The position numbers and the translations under genes are program-made. Positions 52,201-64,000 of a stretch of DNA of 64,000 bases are shown here, piece after piece (the first letter of the stretch is position 1; the number at the start of each line of letters is the position of its first letter). Source of the stretch: Balanoglossus misakiensis. Taxonomy: Eukaryota > Animalia > Hemichordata. The notes under the pieces are model-generated. The model was not told the DNA's origin. It made no database searches and worked only from the letters and a program-made list of their open reading frames with translations. The stretch is taken from assembly GCA_040954595.2 (NCBI GenBank), contig CM082591.2:7058047-7122046 (forward strand). Direction: 5' to 3'.

Positions 52201-55200
52201 ACACTGGGGTACCACAGGGACCAGTTCTTGGTCCCATACTTTTCAATATGTACACGTCTCCATTAGGTGAATTAGTTCAAAGTCATTCATAGTACAGTAG
52301 ACCCTCGCTAAGTCGCGGGTGGCAGGGTCCATCGGGAAAACCGCGACTTAACGAGGGGCGCGACTTAACGAGGGGCCATGAAAAGGGGGATGGGGGGGGT
52401 ATTGACTGAAAACGCGATTTCGTCGACTTCGAAAACAAACTGTCGCAGCTTTTCCTCGGTCTTCATCCACCCTCGGATAGTGGACTCGCCTACACCCAAA
52501 TCACGTGCAACCTTCGCTTTCGCTACGCCGTTCTTGACTCGCTCGATCGCTGAAAGTTTCTCGCGGACGGAAACGCTGGCCAACTTTCGCTTAGACATAC
52601 TGCTCAGTTCGAAACGTGAGGTCAGAATGATAACCATTCCAATTGCTTGGACATTTTATAGCGCTCTTGCAAAGACGTGCCGCCAAGAAATCGTGAAAAT
52701 TGGCATCACATGTTTAATCAAAGGCACCGTTAATTGTTTGGCCGTACCGTCAAAGGCAAACCACGACACCACTTTATTGCGTATTTTGTCAACTCCCGTG
52801 ATTGACATGTTCGATCATTTTGACATACCGCAACACGTTCACACCTTTATTGGCCCTGGTGATGCGCCGCAGTCGATCGGCCGCGCGCAAAGAAATACAA
52901 AATTACTGAAACATTTTGAGATGTGGCCGACAAAGCAAAATGTCGGGGGAAAAACAAAGAAAATAATGGCAGCCATACTGTAACCCGCGACTTAGCCGAA
53001 ACCGCGACTTATTGAGGCGCGACTTAGCGAGGGTCTACTGTATTTATGCAGATGACTCTTCACTTTATATGTCTTTTAGTAAAGACAACGCAGCAAGAAC
53101 TGTTTCGAATCTTGAACTTTGTATATCCGATGTTAGGTTTTGGATGTCTGAAAACTTCTTGTGCTTAAACGTTGATAAGACTGAATTTGTTATTTTCTCT
53201 AGTACTTCGGGTGATCTGTCTGCTAGAGGGATTTCAGAAATTCGTGTTGGCGATGCTCTGATTCCCGTCCATTGTCAGGCTAAGAGCCTTGGAGTGATCC
53301 TTGACTCTTGTCTGACAATGAAGCCACATATTGGACAGATCTGCCGCTCTGCCACTTTTCATTTACGTCGCATTGCGCTTATTCACAAATATTTATCTCA
53401 ATCTGCTACAGAGCAATTAGTTCATGCATTCATTACTTCTCGAATTCACTTTTATTTGGGCTCCCGAAGTATTCAACCAAACGTATTCAACGTGTTCAGA
53501 ATATTGCTGCTAGAATTGTTACTCGTTCAAAAATCACCTGTCACATCACTCCAATTTTGTAACAGTTGCACTGGCTACCTGTTACACAGCGTATTGTTTT
53601 TAAGATGTTAGTTCTCATTTTTAAATCCATTCATAAACTTGGTCCAATCTATCTTTCTAAGATGACTAAACTATATGTTCCGTGTCGCAATTTAAGGTCA
53701 GCTGATCAGTTCAAACTCTGCCCTGTTCGATCACGCACCAAGAGTTATGGTGATCGTGCTTTTACTGTTGCTGCTCCAATTCTTTGGAATAATCTTCCAC
53801 TCACCATTCGCCAGGCACCAGACTTATCTGTTTTTAAGGTGGCATTGCATGAAAAGTTGTGATTTTTGCCAAATTTTACTTTTTTACATAAATCGGTAGG
53901 CCTAATACTGACCCACATCCTGACTAATACGTCTTGACGGAAATGGTGCATAATCACCCCAAAATAGCACTTTTCTGAATGAGTTCACAGCTTAACAAAT
54001 AGGTGTCAATAATGCAAATGGCCGTTTTTCTCAGTTTGCATTTTCGCTGTTCTTGACAACTTCAGACGAAAATAGCTTCGCTCTGCGTTGGCCGAATTTG
54101 CTCAAATTTTAACTGGGGATTGTGTTTGACCCAGCCAACAAAAGGCATTTTTGTTAGTCGATAACGTGTCCCTGGCGGGAATAAACTCTGATTCAATACA
54201 ACTCACCGTGAATTTGATCAAATTTTACTAAAAATCGAACTTTTAAATGCTGTTACTCCTCAATGGAAGCAGATAACGCAAAACAAAATTACCGTTTTTT
54301 TGCACGTGTACTCTAGTTTCGAATGACATATTAAGATGCATCATGCATGGTCAACTTTTTTACCTATTTTAAATTTTATGACATAATATCAAAAAATGTT
54401 TTTTTTAACCCAAAATCGCCACCATTTCCGGGGGAACAATAATATTTGCAACGCAAACAAAAGTTCAAAAACTCAGCTTCCAGAATATATATGGTTTATG
54501 GGGGTTTTAACGTTGTCTTTGATGAGAAATAGGCCTCTGAAAAAGTCTCGACGGTTTCATGCAATGCCACCTTAAATCAAATGTTAAAACTTTACTTTTT
54601 AAATCTGCTTTTTAGCCATTTGTTGTAGTTTTATTTTTGCTTTTAGCGTCATTGATCACATTTTTTGTGGATACTGACGCTATATAAATAAATAATTATT
54701 ATTATTATACTATATTTTCATTGTTTGATCACTTTCTTTTGCAGAAGAAAGGCCATCTGAAGGTGTCATCAGCAAGATAAGGAGATTTTTTGGCGGAAGT
54801 AAAGAAACTGCTGGTGATTCAGGGACTACAGGAAGTAAAGAGATATCTGAGGATACTAAGGGAGCCAGTGTTTCAGCAAAACCTTCTAAAACAGGTATGT
54901 GCATTTCATCTCAGTGTTAGAAAATAACAGTTGAATATGTGTTGATACCAAGGGACCAGTTGATTCAAAACTTCAAGTAAAATTAATGTCTAAGTCATCT
55001 CTCCACTACAGGAAGTAAAGAGATATCTGAGGATACAAAGGGAGCCAGTGTTTCAGCAGAACCTTCTAAAACTGGTATGTGCATTTCATCTCAGTGTTGG
55101 AAAATAACAGTTGAATACATGTGTTGATAATAAGGGATCAGTTGATTCAAAACTTCAAGTAAAAGTAATGTCTAAGTCATCTCTCCACTACAGGAAGTAA

Positions 55201-58200
55201 ACTAAAAGAGATATCTGAGGATACAAAGGGAGCCGGTGTTTCAACAGAACCTTCGAAAACAGGCATGTGCATTTCATCTCAGTGTTGGAAAATAACAGTT
55301 GAATACATGTGTTGATACCAAGGGATCAGTTGATTCAAAACTTCAAGTAAAATTAATGTCTAAGTCATCTCTCCACTGCAGGAAGTAAAGAGATATCTGA
55401 GGATACAAAGGGAGCCGGTGTTTCAACAGAACCTTCGAAAACAGGCATGTGCATTTCATCTCAGTGTTGGAAAATAACAGTTGAATACATGTGTTGATAC
55501 CAAGGGATCATTTGAATTAAAACTACAAGTAAAATTAATGTCTAAGTCATCTCTCCACTGCAGGAAGTAAAGAGATATCTGAGGATACAAAGGGAGCCGG
55601 TGTTTCAACAGAACCTTCGAAAACAGGCATGTGCATTTCATCTCAGTGTTGGAAAAAAACAGTTGAATACATGTGTTGATTCCAAGGGATCAGTTGATTC
55701 AAAACTTCAAGTAAAATTAATGTCTAAGTCATCTCTCCACTGCAGGAAGTAAAGAGATATCTGAGGATACAAAGGGAGCCGGTGTTTCAACAGAACCTTC
55801 GAAAACAGGCATGTGCATTTCATCTCAGTGTTGGAAAATAACAGTTGAATACATGTGTTGATACCAAGGGATCAGTTGATTCAAAACTTCAAGTAAAATT
55901 AATGTCTAAGTCATCTCTCCACTGCAGGAAGTAAAGAGATATCTGAGGATACAAAGGGCGCCAGTGTTTCAGCAGAATCTTCAGAAACAGGTATGTGCAT
56001 TCCATCTCAGTGTTGGAAAATAACAGTTGAATACATGTGTTGATAATAAGGGATCAGTTGATTCAAAACTTCAAGTAAATGTTGAATCATTGGTTGCCAG
56101 ACTTCTACCGGTACTACCAAACTGCATTGTGTGTAAATGTATAATATAAGAAAACTTGAAGACATAACATTTATGGCACTTACCAGAAACCTTGACATCA
56201 CAACGCAAATTTTTACAAGTATGAGGCAAGATGAGAATAGAGGTCTGGTCACCAACAATTCAGAGAGTTCAAAATCATTTTAAAAAACTTTTCACTTGAT
56301 CAAACATAAACAAAGTAACGTCAGAAGATACCAACCTTGTCATCTTTGAATTCAACTTTGTACTCTTTGCAAGAATAGATTGGCTGTCTGGTCATTGATG
56401 AATACTTTTGTCTGTAAATTAGAAACATCATAATGCGTGCAGATATTGACTCAATATCAATATCATGTGGATGAGATTGTTATGATCAATTCTGCAAGAG
56501 CATTTGATGGAGCATCAAGGTGTGCCAGAATAGAAAAAAGAAAAGCTGAGCCAATTTGTGTGTAAATGTCCAATGTACAAGTAGGCCGATTATTGGCAGA
56601 CACAGACAGCATAAAGCAATATAAAATAGAACAGTGGTTCAACCCTCTGTTTTGATTGGTATGGTTGAATCCATATGCAACAGAAAGGGGTGAAAGGTTC
56701 GCTCTTTGTTACAGTGGCCAGAAATAAAAGAACTCTGGTTAGAAAGGTTTACACCAATACTCACCTGGTCAAAGAAAGTACCAGTCCTCTCGGCTAAGGA
56801 GTAGATAATTCTTCTCTGTTCACCAATATGACAATTACTGATTGAAAAGCAGACCATCTCTGGTTGGCTGGAAAAAGAAACAAAATCTTTGGCACAACAA
56901 CATTACAGATAGTATATAAAGTTAGAAATACTTTGTATTATAATAGTCTGTCAATAAAATGACAGATAGCTTTTTTCTTTATATTGCAAAGCAATAGAAA
57001 TAGTTTCAGAAATTGATGTTTGTCTTGTTGCCCTGGTTTGAAAAGCTACAAGTATAAGGTAGGCAATGATCCTTGAGACATTGTTCAAGAATTTTTATGT
57101 AAGACCTACTAATTCCAAAATTACAAGGCAAAGATTATTCCTGTACTGATCAGTTAAGATGTGTTACCATGACAACAATACTGTCACTAAATCCATTGAG
57201 CAGTTGAATAGGAACATTTTCTATGGGTTACAAAGACCATAAATAAAGTGATAATTTCAGGTAAAATTTCTGCTACTTGTTAGGTCCCATTGGTATAGGC
57301 CTATATACCATGGGACCTTATGGGATGGGTTGCGTCTGTATGTATGTATGGATGGATGTATGTATGGATGTACCGGTATGGATGTATGTCTGTATGTCCG
57401 TCCACATCAAAAACTTGAAAACCGCTGCGCGTATCACCTCAATATTTGGTGTGTAGGTGCAGGCAGGGCTGTAGATGGAAGTTTGTCCAAACGAAGTTGC
57501 CAGGCCCAAAAATATGCAAATTAGCTGGAAAAATGTGAAATTGATCAAAACTCTGTAAGTCAACAACTACTGGTCAGATTGCTTTGAAAATTGGTATGCA
57601 TGTACCTTATGTCAACCTCACACTGACCTGTAAGTGTTGAGTTGATATCATGGATGTTTTATTTTTTATGAATTTTTTAGTCTTTTCATTAAATTTATAC
57701 CTTTACTTATACCTCTATGGTTAAAGTCTCAGTATTTCTCGTAGGGGCAAAATTTTGTTTGAAACGGCATCTATAATTTCTAAAAGTAGATGATAATTGA
57801 TACTGAATCGAACAGTCATCATCCCCAGCTCTGCTCATAAACTCATACAATTTACAATATAACGAGTGAAGAATGACTTTCTGTCCGGACAGAAAGTCAC
57901 GTGAGTGTTGACACACGTGACTAGTGCGCATGCGCACTCAAATGTGAATCTATGCGGAAGAGGTTTGGTCGCCCCAAATCAAGCGACTCAGCGAAGAAAT
58001 GCGCACTAATTCGGCGAAATTTTGGGAAGATAACTTTATGGGAGAAATCAGTCGATGGAACCAGATCAAATCCGAAAATGGTCTGACCATCAAAATGTCA
58101 AAGTGGCACGTTTGCTGATCGACATGTACAACATTTCCGTTGTAAACAAACCCGCGCATCATTTCAAGTGTTACGGGCAATATTTACAGCTTGCACGTAG

Positions 58201-60704
58201 CTACAGTTGCCCAAACCTTTCTTCTATCTTCATTATGTAGTATTCCATGATGAATGTACAGGAAAAACGGGCATTTTTCGATGATGAAAAATGGATACAC
58301 ACGAGAAATACTGGGGCTTTAAGCTATGTCCACGTCTTATTGTGGAATTCTGGTCTGTGCAATAGTCCTGTAAAGTGACTGTCTATTGGTCAGTGAGCAC
58401 AATGGGGCCAAAATAAAAGGCAAATTTTTGGGCTCACCTGTAACACCTGCTTAACACATTAAATATGTGCATACCTAATTCCGGGCTAACTAATTGGGCT
58501 AGAGGTTTCGTTCTTGTGGGACATGGACCAGTATAGGGTCAAAATTTCTTGCCCAAATTTTGGGTGACCTCAGGTGTCCTTTGACCTACTTTCCTATATC
58601 TCGGCATCCAGAGCAGGTACAGACTTGGCGTTTGGAGGGTTGGGACTAAAATTGAAAAGCCAAAATTAGGGGTCACCTGTGACACCTGCATATCTCATTA
58701 ATTATGTGCATACCTAATTTCAGGCTAACCAATAGGGCTATAGGTTTGTTTTTTGTTGAACATGGACCAGTATAAGGTCAAAATTTCTTGCCCAAATTTT
58801 GCATGACCTCAGGTGACCTTTGACCTACTTTATCATATCTTGGCATCCAGAGCAGGTACAGACTTCGCGTTTGGAGGGTTGGGACTAAAATTGAAAAGCC
58901 AAAATTAGGGGTCAACTGTGACACCTGCATATCTCATTAATTATGTGCATACCTAATTCCAGGCTAACCAATAGGGCTATAGGTTTGGTTTTTGTTGAAC
59001 ATGGACCAGTATGGGGTCAAAATTTCTTGCCCAAATTTTGCATGACCTCAGGTGACCTTTGACCTACTTTTCCATATCTTGGTATCCAGAGCAGATATGC
59101 TTATTGCTATGTTGCTATGTGCTATGTTCTCAAATGGAACCACAGTGTCCTTGACGCTATTTTTTCAAAAATAGAATTATTAACTGATATTAACATTTTG
59201 TCCAGTTTCCATGGTTACTTGGTATTGGAAAATGTGTACAGATAGAGTACTTTGGCAGAAATATATCATGGCAATAACTCGCTAAATTTGTAAAAAAAAA
59301 AAGGTTTAAAGTTAAATTAAAACACTAACTTTAGCACATTGCCAATGTTTTACAAAATACATTGAGGTTCCGTTGTCATGGTTACCAGTCAATAATGCTA
59401 CCATCATACATTTTTTCCTAAAAATAATGGACCAAAGAATTATCCCTGAAACTCAGTTCAAGAATTGTTATGAAATGTCTACTGAGTCAAAAGTTACAAG
59501 TAAAAGATTATTTTTGAACTGATTTCTTTGAATGTGTTACCATGGCAACATCAACGATAGTATATATATTAAATGGTTAAATAAGATAGTCTTTTATGTA
59601 TATTATAATATCAAAAAGAGACAAAGTAAATTTCCTCCTAGCTATATTGCAGAGAAAAAGAAATAGTTCAAGAAACTCATGGTTACTCTGGTTGCCATGG
59701 TTATTTGTCACTGTAAACATTGTGTAGAAAAACTACCCCTTAGTAGTTCAGTTGTCATAGCAATGATTCGTTTCTTTTGTAATATGTTTTCTCTTGTTAA
59801 AATGAACAATAAAACACTAACTCTAGCATATTCCTAATGCATTGCAATACAGCATGTTTGACTTTGACCTTTGTTTCACCTAATAGGTCACTGGTCAGGG
59901 AGGATACTGGATGGCCAAAGTCCAAAGCCAGGACGAAAGTTTAATGGACCAAGAGGTATGGTGTCCCATGGTGACAAACTGGTGGTGTGTGACCAAGGCA
60001 ACAGGGTTGTACAGATACTGAATCAAGATTACACCTGTGACAAAGTCTTGGGAAGTTTTGATGGTCAGTTTGCAAAGCCATTCCAGCCACGGGATGTAGC
60101 TGTCTCCCATGACAACATCTACTTCATAAGTGATGATGGAAATTCTCAAATTGTTGTTTGTGATCAAAAGAATAAAATTCTTAGAATAATTACTCTACCT
60201 GCAGGCGTCAATGTCTGTGGCATTGCTCTACTGAATGGATTTGTTTTGGTTACTGAGATCGAAGGTCATCGGATACTCAAGTACACCCAAGATGGTCAGT
60301 ATGTTGCAGAGGTTGGTGGTTGGGGTGGTGGCCAAACACAATTCCGTTCCCCATACTCTGTGGTGGTCAACAGTAAGAATGTCATCATGGTGTCTGACTG
60401 TGGCAATCACTGCATCAAGTGTTTTGATGCTGAATTGAAATTCTTGTATCAATTTGGTGTGTATGGTAGAGGTCCTGGTCAGCTGAGGCTTCCATGCAGC
60501 ATTGACGTCGATGACTACGATAATTTGTTTGTGTGTGATGGGGAGAATGCTAGGATTGTGATATGGAGATTTGATGGAGAGTGGATCGGTCACATACTTG
60601 AACGTGAGGTGAGATACCCTCTGTTCCTTGCAGTCAGCGAAAACAGAATTGTTATTAGAGAGTTGAACAGCGACCAAATCAAAGTAGTGTACAAGCAGAC
60701 ATAA
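43672..60704 (+). CDS. Mosaic protein: 3x GT-B N-lobe repeats, GT4 (conflict-type) glycosyltransferase-like domain, TRADD-N-like domain, coiled coil, micro-exon repeats and NHL-repeat propeller; one in-frame stop (possible pseudogene or null allele)
   Basis: Phase-consistent exons 43672-46216, 46615-47079, 47385-47461, 47686-47764, 48364-48627, 50843-51448, 51588-51860, 54745-54894, optional micro-exons 55012-55990, and 59887-60704. Total 5277 bp (1759 codons) without micro-exons. TAA at 45220-45222 lies between two same-frame ORFs. A probable non-coding exon ends at about 42701 (cag/gtatgt). Confidence 0.75.
46615..47079 (+). CDS. Exon encoding a TRADD-N-like domain
   Basis: VEITSMKSESLQITANMRRLYNLYRLRGSCLEDSRSLAKALEPILMTDEM resembles the TRADD-like N domain pattern (V..GSL...V.C..L..LE.L...Y.SG.L...L...LVT.E), which commonly follows GT4-conflict domains. 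Confidence 0.55.
48779..50660. mobile_element. Unclassified insertion of about 1.9 kb with higher GC (TG...CA ends; possible solo LTR) in an intron
   Basis: Abrupt compositional shift; internal direct repeat of about 106 bp (49125/49231, degenerate third copy near 49640); no convincing TSD or protein motif. Confidence 0.35.
50843..51448 (+). CDS. Coiled-coil exon of the mosaic gene
   Basis: Heptad-rich L/E/K/Q sequence; ttcag acceptor and gtgag donor; contains a 54-bp internal duplication. Confidence 0.75.
52295..53040 (-). mobile_element. Tigger/pogo-like (Tc1/mariner) internally deleted DNA transposon retaining a CENP-B/psq HTH fragment
   Basis: TIRs cagtagaccctcgctaagtcgcg / cgcgacttagcgagggtctactg with TA TSD; minus ORF 52365-52637 MSKRKLASVSVREKLSAIERVKNGVAKAKVARDLGVGESTIRGWMK. 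Confidence 0.92.
53838..54571. mobile_element. Non-autonomous TTAA-TSD DNA transposon (Kolobok-like) inserted in the LINE
   Basis: TTAA-ggtggcattgcatgaaa ... tttcatgcaatgccacc-TTAA; the LINE reading frame resumes exactly after the second TTAA. Confidence 0.9.
54825..56079 (+). repeat. Tandem array of 7 units of about 180-188 bp, each carrying a 63-bp (one 69-bp) phase-1/1 micro-exon
   Basis: Units ..ccactRcag/GAAGTAAAGAG..AAACWG/gYatgt at 54832 (within an exon), 55012, 55194, 55382, 55564, 55746 and 55928. Confidence 0.95.
57279..59095 (+). mobile_element. pearl/DINE-1-like element: 5' hairpin, microsatellite and downstream tandem repeats of about 239 bp
   Basis: ttaggtcccattggtataggcctatataccatgggacctta hairpin, then gtctgtatgtatgtatggatgg; three units of about 239 bp at about 58430, 58669 and 58908. 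The 3' boundary is uncertain. Confidence 0.6.
58415..59095. repeat. Tandem repeat, about 3 x 239 bp
   Basis: ggggtcacctgtgacacctgc...atgtgcatacctaatt...ggtcaaaatttcttgcccaaatttt...gcatccagagcag recurs three times. Confidence 0.92.
59887..60704 (+). CDS. Terminal exon: NHL-repeat six-bladed beta-propeller (TRIM2/3/71-like NHL)
   Basis: FNGPRGM..LVVCDQGNRVVQIL; FQPRDVAVS..YFISDDGN; FRSPYSVVVNS..IMVSDCGNHCIKCF; GPGQLRLPCSIDVD..LFVCDGENARI. The phase-1 acceptor aatag matches the upstream phase-1 donors. Confidence 0.9.
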
Positions 60705-61577
60705 ACATCAGCATGAAATGAAAGTCCACGCGACATCGAAAAAGTTAAATTTGGGAGAAAATTTAGAGGCTGCGGCGATAAATTTTCGATTGATCGCATG
60801 CTATGGCAACAAAGTTCAAACTGAACCAATGTCACTTTCACAATTTTGGGAGTTATTTTCCACATTTTGAAGAAAAATTCCGAACAGAAATTAATTGTAC
60901 GTGCAGTCGCTACATGTACTGAGTGTAGGCAAAATAAACTCAGGGTGTTTTGAGTAATTTTTGCAGTTTATTTTGAGGGATTTTGAGACAAGACTGTTTG
61001 AAACTGAATGCATTTCGTCAACTTGGCATGTAAACAATCAAAAATTGGGTTCTTTTTTCCACATTTACAAAGCTCATTTTGGAAAAAAAATATTTCAGTC
61101 TACAGTCGCTTCATGTAACGAGTATAAACAATCCAAATCTGAGTCGTTTTGGAATATTTTTACTCATTTTTTTCATGAATTTTGGCATGGAGGGGTCTGA
61201 AAGTTATGATGTACAGTCCACTTCCCATCAGAACTCCATTGCATCCGAAAGGATGAAGGCGATCATCAATTTATGTGGGCAAAATAATTCTAAAAACTTA
61301 CCTGTAAATCGCCAGAGATATATATTGTATTGTGATCTGTAAATATTTCCATTCGATAGTCCAATATAATTGTTATTTCAAATATATATGAAGAAAGGAT
61401 GCGCAACCGGTAATCTTTTAGTTTTACCGCCATTTGTTTTGAACTGTGTTGAGGGCGCACAGTTCAATGAACGAGGGGGGAGCTTGACTTCAACGGCAGA
61501 GGGCGCTATGACTATTTCTGCTATCAGGAATAGGAATCGATTGTGCTTCACGAACATTGACATACGGTAAAGTGTGT

Positions 61578-61990
61578 TTTCGTCAGCGTAAAATGTATGT
61601 ATGAACTTGGAGAAATATATTCATTTCATTCATTTGAGACATATTTTAGTCGTTATTGTAAATAATCATGTTCTCTATTTGATATTGTAAATATCGTGAT
61701 ATGTTCTTGAATTAGCTAGCAAGATAACTTTTCACAAACTTTAATAGGTAAACTTGATGAAATGGGAACTGTAGTATAAATATTCTCGTTGCCTTTTTCG
61801 CATTGTTGAACATAGCAGGTTTTTGTCAGCGTAAAAATGTACATATGGACCTGGAGAAATATATTCATTTGAGGCATATATTTTAGTATGTATTACTCTC
61901 TATTTGATATTGTAAATATCCTGTTCTCGTTATGTTCTTGAATTTGCAATCAAGATCAAGTTTTCACAAAGGTAAACTTGATGAAATGGT
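61578..61990. repeat. Imperfect tandem duplication (about 240-bp spacing)
   Basis: gtcagcgtaaaa.tgta..tatg.ac.tggagaaatatattcattt ... ggtaaacttgatgaaatgg appears twice. Confidence 0.75.
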
Positions 61991-63731
61991 ACTGCCAGAT
62001 TTTCAGATAACACCAAATCATTGTAGTGCAAGTAAATGACTTTTTGTGTCTAAATAAATTTAAATTTAAACTTAAGCTGTTTTCATTAGAGACATGTTGT
62101 CTACCATTCATAAAGGAATCACTTGAAATTGTAACTGCCTTTTACACTTGCTTGTTATTTAAGATTATGTACAGTGCCCTGCTGATAAATGCCATAGGTC
62201 CTGATGTAGTCTGTATGCCTAGTAATAACAAGTGTATGTGAATATATGTACAGTTCTATGTACAATATATATATGCATGCAGCAGTGCATCATGGGATGT
62301 TGTAGCCAGGTACAAAAATACTGAGGCAAACAGCATCATTTTTCATCATGCAATATTTAATAACACGATCATCATGTGACGTTATTAATACAACTTGTGT
62401 TCTATAAAGTTACACGGTGTGCAGCTGTTTTGTCTATATTGGTAATGTCTCAACATGCATGTGATCGCAATTATTTAAAATCTGGTCTTTTTTTCTCTCA
62501 ATCATGTTTACATGTATACACCAGAAATACCCTGACGAACACATAACACCTACATCACTGTAGTTACATAAAACTCTTTTGAATACACATAAACAGTGCA
62601 CTACAGACTACAGTATTTTGTCAACATTGAGAATTGTGTGCAATTTTAAACAAGACAATAATTGTTTGTATCCATACCTTTTCTGATGATTACTCCTGAA
62701 ATTGAGAGAAGATACTTTGTAGCTGAAGGAAATATTTTCTAAAATTCTATAAATTACATATATTATAGTGTTTTGCAACTATTAGTACATTCTATATTTA
62801 AAATTAGCTTTCTGAATGTGAACATTCTAGACAAATGCATACAAATATCTGGCATAAACTCTGTAAGTTTTACACAAAGTTAGAAAAAAGGTGTGTTTCA
62901 TAATTCCACAATTTTATCACACATTTGTGTTTTGAATTGAAATGCACAATTATCCAAAAACAAAAATGACTTTTTCTAAAATAATGAGTGTTGCTCAGTT
63001 TTCTGTTTGATAACAGATTTGTGTTTGCTTAAAGCAAAACACGTAGTTGGTTCAGAAAGATATGTAATATTTCAATAAATGCCCAGATTTGCAAATCTCA
63101 AAATTGGCCATCTTTTAATCAACTTTTTTCTTAAAGCAATATTTTTCAAAAAGCTCACATTTTATCAAAATCAATAATAAATCTATCTTAACAATTTATG
63201 CCATGCTGATGCCATGCAGACTTTAAATAAACATGATTGTAAACCATTTACATAATCCTAAGTCATTTGTGCATATCCTAATTATCGATTTTAGTTCCGG
63301 CATGCTGGACTCATTTTCGTGTTGTCTGCTTGGAGATGACACCATGTTTTGGAAGGGCGCCCTCTATAGCAACAAGGCGTACGCAGATCAAAATGAAGCT
63401 CAACCTACAATACTAACTTCAGCTTTGAGCAGATTTTCAAAATATCCCAGCATTACGAACCCCGACATCTGCTATGGGTGTACAATCATGACCATATGCA
63501 CACTATGTAAAAGTAAATCTATCAACTGCACATCATCCCACCAACCACTAAGGATAATTTCAGCCTCTCGTCTTATAAAAGATCTATGAAAAAATTAAGA
63601 ATAGATTTGGAAGACGATGATTATGATTTGAAAATTGGTTGCGAAGATTACCGTGTATTCTTAGCATTCAGCAGTTTTTAAACATAGATTTCACAAATGA
63701 TGTCCATCTCAACATTGTTATATCTATTTGT

Positions 63732-63901
63732 CAGGGTTCTCCCCATGCTGTTCAGTGGTCGGCTTTATTGTGAACTCAATCCAGTCTATTGTCTTATTTT
63801 GATATATTGATGAAGTGGTATGACTTGCAACAGTCATGAATATTAATGAGTATGAATATTAATGAGTAGCCAGCACTCAAGTCAACCATGTGAGAACCCT
63901 G
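63732..63901. mobile_element. MITE with cagggttctc TIR (hAT-like ends); related copy at about 6462-6680
   Basis: cagggttctc ... gagaaccctg; shared core gtatgacttgcaac..atgaatattaatgagtatgaatattaat.agtagccagcactcaa. Confidence 0.6.
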
Positions 63902-64000
63902 AATTGTATTTGACACCAACTGATATTTTTCACATGATTTGTAATTTTCAAGAATTATTTTTCTTCAAGAATATACCACAGGTTTAGCATGTCATTGCGC

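Larger units (their letters stand above)
52150..54708 (+). mobile_element. Degenerate 5'-truncated non-LTR retrotransposon (L2/CR1 group RT), interrupted by two DNA transposons
   Basis: GVPQGPVLGPILFNMY at about 52206; YADD at about 53045; LGVILDSCLTMKPHI; LHWLPV..RIVFK; YGDRAFTVAAPILWNNLP; resumes FKSNVKTLLFKSAF* after 54575; 3' tail gcta-tataaataaataattattattattata. Frameshifts and stops are present. Confidence 0.92.

Noticed and set aside
52378-52983. 201-aa plus-strand ORF
   Set aside because: Antisense to the Tigger-like transposase fragment; no recognisable domain.
59200-59710. RFX X-box-like motifs (gttaccatggcaac, gttgccatggtt)
   Set aside because: ccatggYaac-type words are scattered through repetitive intronic DNA here and are not near a promoter.
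63233-63589. 118-aa ORF beginning HLHNPKSFVHILIIDFSS
   Set aside because: Only a short stretch resembles a LINE RT motif (..DFSS..); it is too fragmentary to call as a gene or a defined element.

Overview
AT-rich, intron-rich animal DNA. An invertebrate deuterostome such as a hemichordate is plausible, but that is inference only. I reconstructed three protein-coding genes by reading splice sites and exon phases. (1) A minus-strand cytosolic carboxypeptidase 2-like gene (AGBL2/CCP2, M14D tubulin deglutamylase) with 30 phase-consistent exons from 32551 to 725; it probably runs off the left edge. (2) A two-exon minus-strand ceramide-1-phosphate transfer protein gene (CPTP/GLTPD1, 212 aa) whose stop codon abuts a LINE 3' fragment. 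(3) A plus-strand mosaic gene (43672-60704, about 1760-1890 aa). It encodes three tandem copies of a GT-B N-lobe, a degenerate GT4 'conflict-type' glycosyltransferase, a TRADD-N-like domain, a coiled coil, an array of duplicated 63-bp symmetric micro-exons (four with GC donors) and a C-terminal NHL beta-propeller. A single in-frame TAA interrupts it at 45220. This third gene is the most unusual element and looks like a rapidly evolving innate-immunity or conflict gene. Non-coding DNA holds a 21 x 127-bp satellite, Helitron/Helentron-like elements, many MITE families (TTAA, TA, 6-7-bp and 9-bp TSDs), and an L2/CR1-type LINE with two nested DNA transposons. Domain and superfamily calls come from motif recognition by eye, not from database searches.
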